Positions 59,090-64,000 of a stretch of DNA of 64,000 nt are shown piece by piece. The notes beneath the pieces are model-generated. The model was not told the origin of the DNA. It was given only the letters and a program-made list of their open reading frames with translations, and ran no database searches. The first letter of the stretch is position 1, and every line of letters starts with the position of its first letter. Position numbers and translations under genes: made by a program. This DNA is from Octopus vulgaris (Eukaryota), in contig OX597815.1 in the NCBI GenBank assembly GCA_951406725.2, forward strand, positions 4,030,001 through 4,094,000, given 5' to 3'.

Positions 59090-59485
59090 GGCGCCGTACT
59101 GGCGGAATCGTTAGCACGCCGGGCGAAATGCTTGGCGGTATTTCGTTTGCCGTTACATTCTGAGTTCAAATTCCGCCGAGGTCGACTTTGCCTTTCATCC
59201 TATCGGGGTCGATAAATTAAGTACCAGTTACGCACTGGGGTCGATGTAATCGAGGTAATCCGTTTGTCTGTCCTTGTTTGTCCTCTCTGTGTTTAGCCCC
59301 TTGTGGGTAGTAAAGAAATAGGTATTTCATCTAACACTACGTTCCGAGTTTAAATTCCGCCGAGGTCGACTTTGTCTTCCATCCTATCGGGGTCGATAAA
59401 TTAAGTATCAGTGAACCACTGGAGTCGATGTAATTGATTCATCCCTTCCCCCAAAATAGCTGCCCTTGTGGCAAAATTTGAACCC
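59090..59485 (+). mobile_element. Two tandem SINE family 1 copies with different tails
   Basis: First ends in the Tx1-like tail (59320); second ends CCTTGTGGCAAAATTTGAA. Confidence 0.82.
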
Positions 59486-59621
59486 AGAACCATGTGGTTG
59501 CAAAACAAGCTTCAATCCACACAGCCACGCCTGGGCCTCAATGTTTTGGGTTCAAATACTGCCAAAGTTAGTTTTATTATTTACATTTGACGGATATTTG
59601 TCCTCATCTTGTTTGTTGTTA

Positions 59622-59665
59622 ACACAACGTTTTGGCTGATATACTCTCTAGCCTTCATCAGGTGT
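59622..59665 (-). ncRNA. Minimal type I HHR with GAAA mutated to AAAA
   Basis: acac-CTGATGA-a-ggct..agcc-AAAA-C-GTT-gtgt. Confidence 0.7.
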
Positions 59666-59691
59666 CTTGGGGAAATTTCAAGTAGTAGTAA

Positions 59692-59748
<57 letters not shown>

Positions 59749-59847
59749 CAGCAGCAGCAGCAGCACCAGCAACAGCACCAGCGGTGGTGGTGGTTGTGGT
59801 AGTAGTAGTAGTAGTAGTAACAGCAGCAGCAGCAGTGGTGGTGGTGT

Positions 59848-59883
<36 letters not shown>

Positions 59884-60015
59884 ATGGTGGTGGTGCTGGT
59901 GCTGGTGGTGCTGGTGCTGGTGGTGGTGGTGCTGTTGGTTGTAGTAGTAGTAGTAGTAGTAGTAACATTGAAAAATACCTTAGGAATGAGAACCCAGGTT
60001 CGAAATTTCCCCAAG

Positions 60016-60059
60016 ACACCTGATGAAGGCTGGAAGGTATATCAGCTGAAACATTGTGT
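60016..60059 (+). ncRNA. Minimal type I HHR, inverted twin, stem III G>A
   Basis: acac-CTGATGA-a-ggctg..cagct-GAAA-C-ATT-gtgt. Confidence 0.75.
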
Positions 60060-60389
60060 TAACAACAAACAAGACGAGGACAAATATCCGTCAAATGTAA
60101 ATAGTGTAAATAATGTAAATAATTCCTCATCTCTTAAATATAGAACTGGAAGTTAGTTTTGTTACTCATTCCTTCGGGGACGACAAAGTGTAGTACCAGT
60201 AATACACTGTGGCCAGTTATATCGACAACACATCTTTCTTTTCTTCTACAGCTTTGTGAAATTCGGGCAAATCCAGAAACAGTGATGTCTCGAGTATGTT
60301 ATGCAGTGGCTTGTAAAACTTCGGTTAACTGATATTATCGTTACAATTAGAAGAAAAGAACTCCCTCTTGGGGAAGTTTAAAATTATAA

Positions 60390-60845
60390 AACAAGCTTAC
60401 TTTGTAACCGCATGGATTCAGGTTCAATCTCACTACGCGGCACCGTGGGCAAGTATCTTCTATTATAGCCCCAGGCCGGCTAATATTTTGTGGGTGAATC
60501 TCGTTGGCGGAAACTGTGCGGAAGACCGTCCTATATGAGTGTGTGTGTATGTATGTGTGCATGTGTGTGCATGTGTACGTGTGTGTGTGTGTGTGTATGC
60601 ATGTGTGTGGGCATGTGTGTGTGCACGCGCGTGTGTGTATGTGTCTTTGTGTCTGTCTTTGTTCCACCGCCACCATCACAACCACTTGATAAGTGGTGTT
60701 GGTTTGTTCACGTGCACGCGACTTAGCGGTTCTACAAAAAGAAGCGATAAAATAAGCTGTGATCGATTTGTTCAACTAAAACCCTCCGAGGTAGTGCCCC
60801 AGCATGGGCGCAGTCGAATGAATGAAACGTGTAAAAGACAAAAAG
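60390..60845 (+). mobile_element. Old SINE family 2 copy
   Basis: Diverged head, core and tail. Confidence 0.72.
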
Positions 60846-61287
60846 AACCAGCAAGGGACTTAACTCTATTAAAATCAAAAAATTGAAATTTTTCGGGAAC
60901 TCTAAAAACGGTGCAGATGGAAGGGAATGGTTTTGTCTTTAAAGAAATCAATAATCGTAGACAGAATCAGGCAATATTGACATGGCGTTTTGAATTTCTG
61001 TGAGTTCTATCTTCGGTAAATATTTGACCAAGAATATTAAGTTCTAGCAGAAAAGACAACAACAACAACAACAACACCAGCAACAGCAACAACAAAAGAA
61101 CCAACAGCTGAAAGTTCCATCATTGTGGATATTCATTAAGGCATTGATATTTGGTAAATGGTGAGTGTGGGGGGGGCAAGCGGAAGCATCGCCATTATTA
61201 CACGTCGGAACTAACACGTTTCATGTTAATGGTGGCAGTGGTAGTGGGTAGAGGTAAGGTAGGTGGGAGATAGTTGCGGTTGAAGGC

Positions 61288-61323
<36 letters not shown>

Positions 61324-61714
61324 TATTCTATGTGAAATAAAACAACGATACTTATGTTGTAAGGGAAGGTACGATACAATGCCGTTTATATCGATCCCAG
61401 TTCATGACTGGTACTTTATTTCACCGACCCCAGGGAAATGAAAGGTATAGTCAATACTGGCGGGGTTTGAACGCAGAATGTAAACGTCATAACTAAATAC
61501 GTGCAGTTTGGGGGTTTCAAACGAAATGAAAGTAACTTTACCAGAAGTAGCGATAGTATATCCCTTAATTTCATAAAGAGAAGAAAACGAGAACATATAA
61601 AGAAATAAAAGAACATTTAGTCACTGCAATATGTTGTTATATAATACCCCAAGGATTTATAACGGGAGATTTAGCAACATAACTCCGTGTAGTGTCTTCA
61701 GCCGTTATTAATAT

Positions 61715-61930
61715 TGCTTTCAAATTTTGCACAAGGCTAACAAGTTCAGGGGAGGGGGTAAGTCGATTAAATTAACCCTAGTGCTCAACTGGTACTTATT
61801 TTATCGACCCCGAAGGATAAAAGGCAAAGTCAACCTCGGCAGAATTTGAATTCAGAACGTAAAGACGGACGTAATGCAGCTAAGCATTTTGTCCGGCGTA
61901 CTAACAACTCTACCAGCTCGCCGCCTTTTT
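61715..61930 (-). mobile_element. SINE family 1
   Basis: Reverse complement of head, central motif and tail. Confidence 0.8.
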
Positions 61931-63100
61931 AGCTGTTGTTAATATTTGAAGAATATAGAAGAAATATCAAAACTTCCGATAGAATCTGATAGCTCTCCTT
62001 TTAGTAAGATTTGTCCAACGGCAAAAAGTTCTAGAACATTCTATGAAGTGTTTAATCGGAAGATTTCAGCTCACCAATTGATTTGATTGGCTGAACCACT
62101 ACCGCGTAAGTTCAATGCTCTTTATGGCAGCCATAGCCCGAAGCTAGGAAACATGGAAACATGAATGTGATGGTTCAAATCACACCGTCATCTCGCTACA
62201 TATGTATTAAATTAGACCATTCATTAATCTGATGTTTATTAAGCATAGAGGTTGTGCTAGAGGACACCTCTCATTTGTAATATCTTCTTCACACAGCTTT
62301 CTCTCAGCAAACGGAGCGTATAATAGAGAATTAAGAGATGCTATTTTCTTCTTTGATGCACAAGGGAATCCAAAGTGTACGGAAGCCTAACAGTGCTTCA
62401 ACTAATTGTAAATGCTGACTTCAGCCGAGGACCACACACTTTTTAGCAAATGGTGTACTTCATTGAATTTGAATAATTAATATTTAATTTATCGGGAAGG
62501 CGATAAGCTGGCAATTCGTCTGTCTATACGTCCCGTGTTCAAATTCCACTGCTTTTCATCCTTTCGGAGCCGATAAAATAAGAACTAGTTGAGCATTGGG
62601 GTCGAAATTGCTGGCCTCGTGCCAAAATTTTAAATCGATATTTCACTTATCGACATCCGAATGGTGTAAAGAAACACGGCTGGGATTTGAACTCAAAATA
62701 CAATAGATGCTTTAAATTCTACCACCTATCTTCCAACTCTATTGCTAATTTATCTGACAAGCCAAATTCTGTTAGGACCACTTCCGGTCAAGACTGACCC
62801 CTTGGAGAATCCCTGTACAACGTATACTCCTGGTCAAGGTTTATTGTGAAAGACAAGCAGCTGCTCATGCCCCGGTGGTGACCAGGAGAGACAGACAGAC
62901 TGAAAATGGCTACAGCTTGGCATCATTGTCGTTGCAGCAAGAAATTCCACAAGATGGCCCCACATTCGCTCTGACCCCTAATCAACCACCCTTGATTGGT
63001 CTCTTCTGTTTGTATCGAGCCTGAAAGCATTAAAGGCAAAATTGATCTCCGCAAGATTTGAACTCAGAACGCAAAGAGTCAGAACAGATATGTGTGTGTG

Positions 63101-63145
<45 letters not shown>

Positions 63146-63256
63146 GGATGGATGGATAGATAGATGGATGGATGGATAGATAGGTAGGTAGATAGATGGG
63201 TGGATAGATAGATAGGTAGATAGATATGTAGGTAGGTAGGTAGATAGATGGATAGG

Positions 63257-63322
<66 letters not shown>

Positions 63323-63742
63323 CATAGATAGATACATAGATAGACATACATGTATATGTATATATATACACATATATATATTCATTTATTTGTTTCAGCT
63401 ATGCATCTGAGGTCACGCTGGAGCACCATATACATACATATACGTGTGTGAGCATGTATATATCTATGGATGCATATATACACACACATATTGTATACAT
63501 GTGTGTTCGTGTGTAAATTATATATATACATATGTATGTATGCATGTATGTATGTATGTTTGTATGTATGTATGTATGTATGTATGTATGTACGTATGTA
63601 TGCATGTATGTGTGTGTATGTATATACTATATGCACACGCGTGCACGGAAGCGCACATACACACATTATCTCAACAAATACGTCAATACTTGCATGCGCG
63701 TGCGCACAAGTGTATGTTCATCTATCTGGCTCTCTGTGTGCG

Positions 63743-63823
<81 letters not shown>

Positions 63824-64000
63824 ATCATGTAATCGGTCCGACGACACGAACGTAAACTTCTGTAATAATCTAAAACGAAGTAAAGTGGATGAGAAAATCG
63901 GGAAGACGGACCAAGGCAAGCAACGGGAGGAAAAGGGGTCAATAGATTTTTGCCGCTCCATAAACAGATTACAGGGAGCGACCCCTACACGTTGGTAGCA

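Overview
AT-rich, microsatellite-saturated eukaryotic intronic or intergenic DNA. The SINE families and repeat landscape point to an octopus/cephalopod genome (inference). Nearly all ORFs in the track are translated microsatellites. Identifiable content: tRNA-derived SINEs of about 4 families; LINE fragments (L1/Tx1 RT, R4/Dong RLE cluster in (TAA)n, RTE and CR1/Jockey-group 3' ends); non-autonomous Helitrons; a few MITEs; one candidate minus-strand exon; and one promoter-like CpG-rich patch. The main signal is about 15 type I hammerhead ribozyme (HHR) motifs or remnants from several unrelated short element families, mostly inside (TA)n tracts and often in fold-back pairs. They include a 493-nt head-to-tail unit with an intact HHR (retrozyme/Penelope-like). 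That HHR is followed by a multi-helix RNA domain whose pairings covary across diverged copies. Recurrent non-canonical catalytic cores (CCGACGA, CUGUAGA) also occur. Some segments look like garbled duplicates and may be assembly artefacts. All calls are by eye, and SINE/LINE boundaries are approximate.
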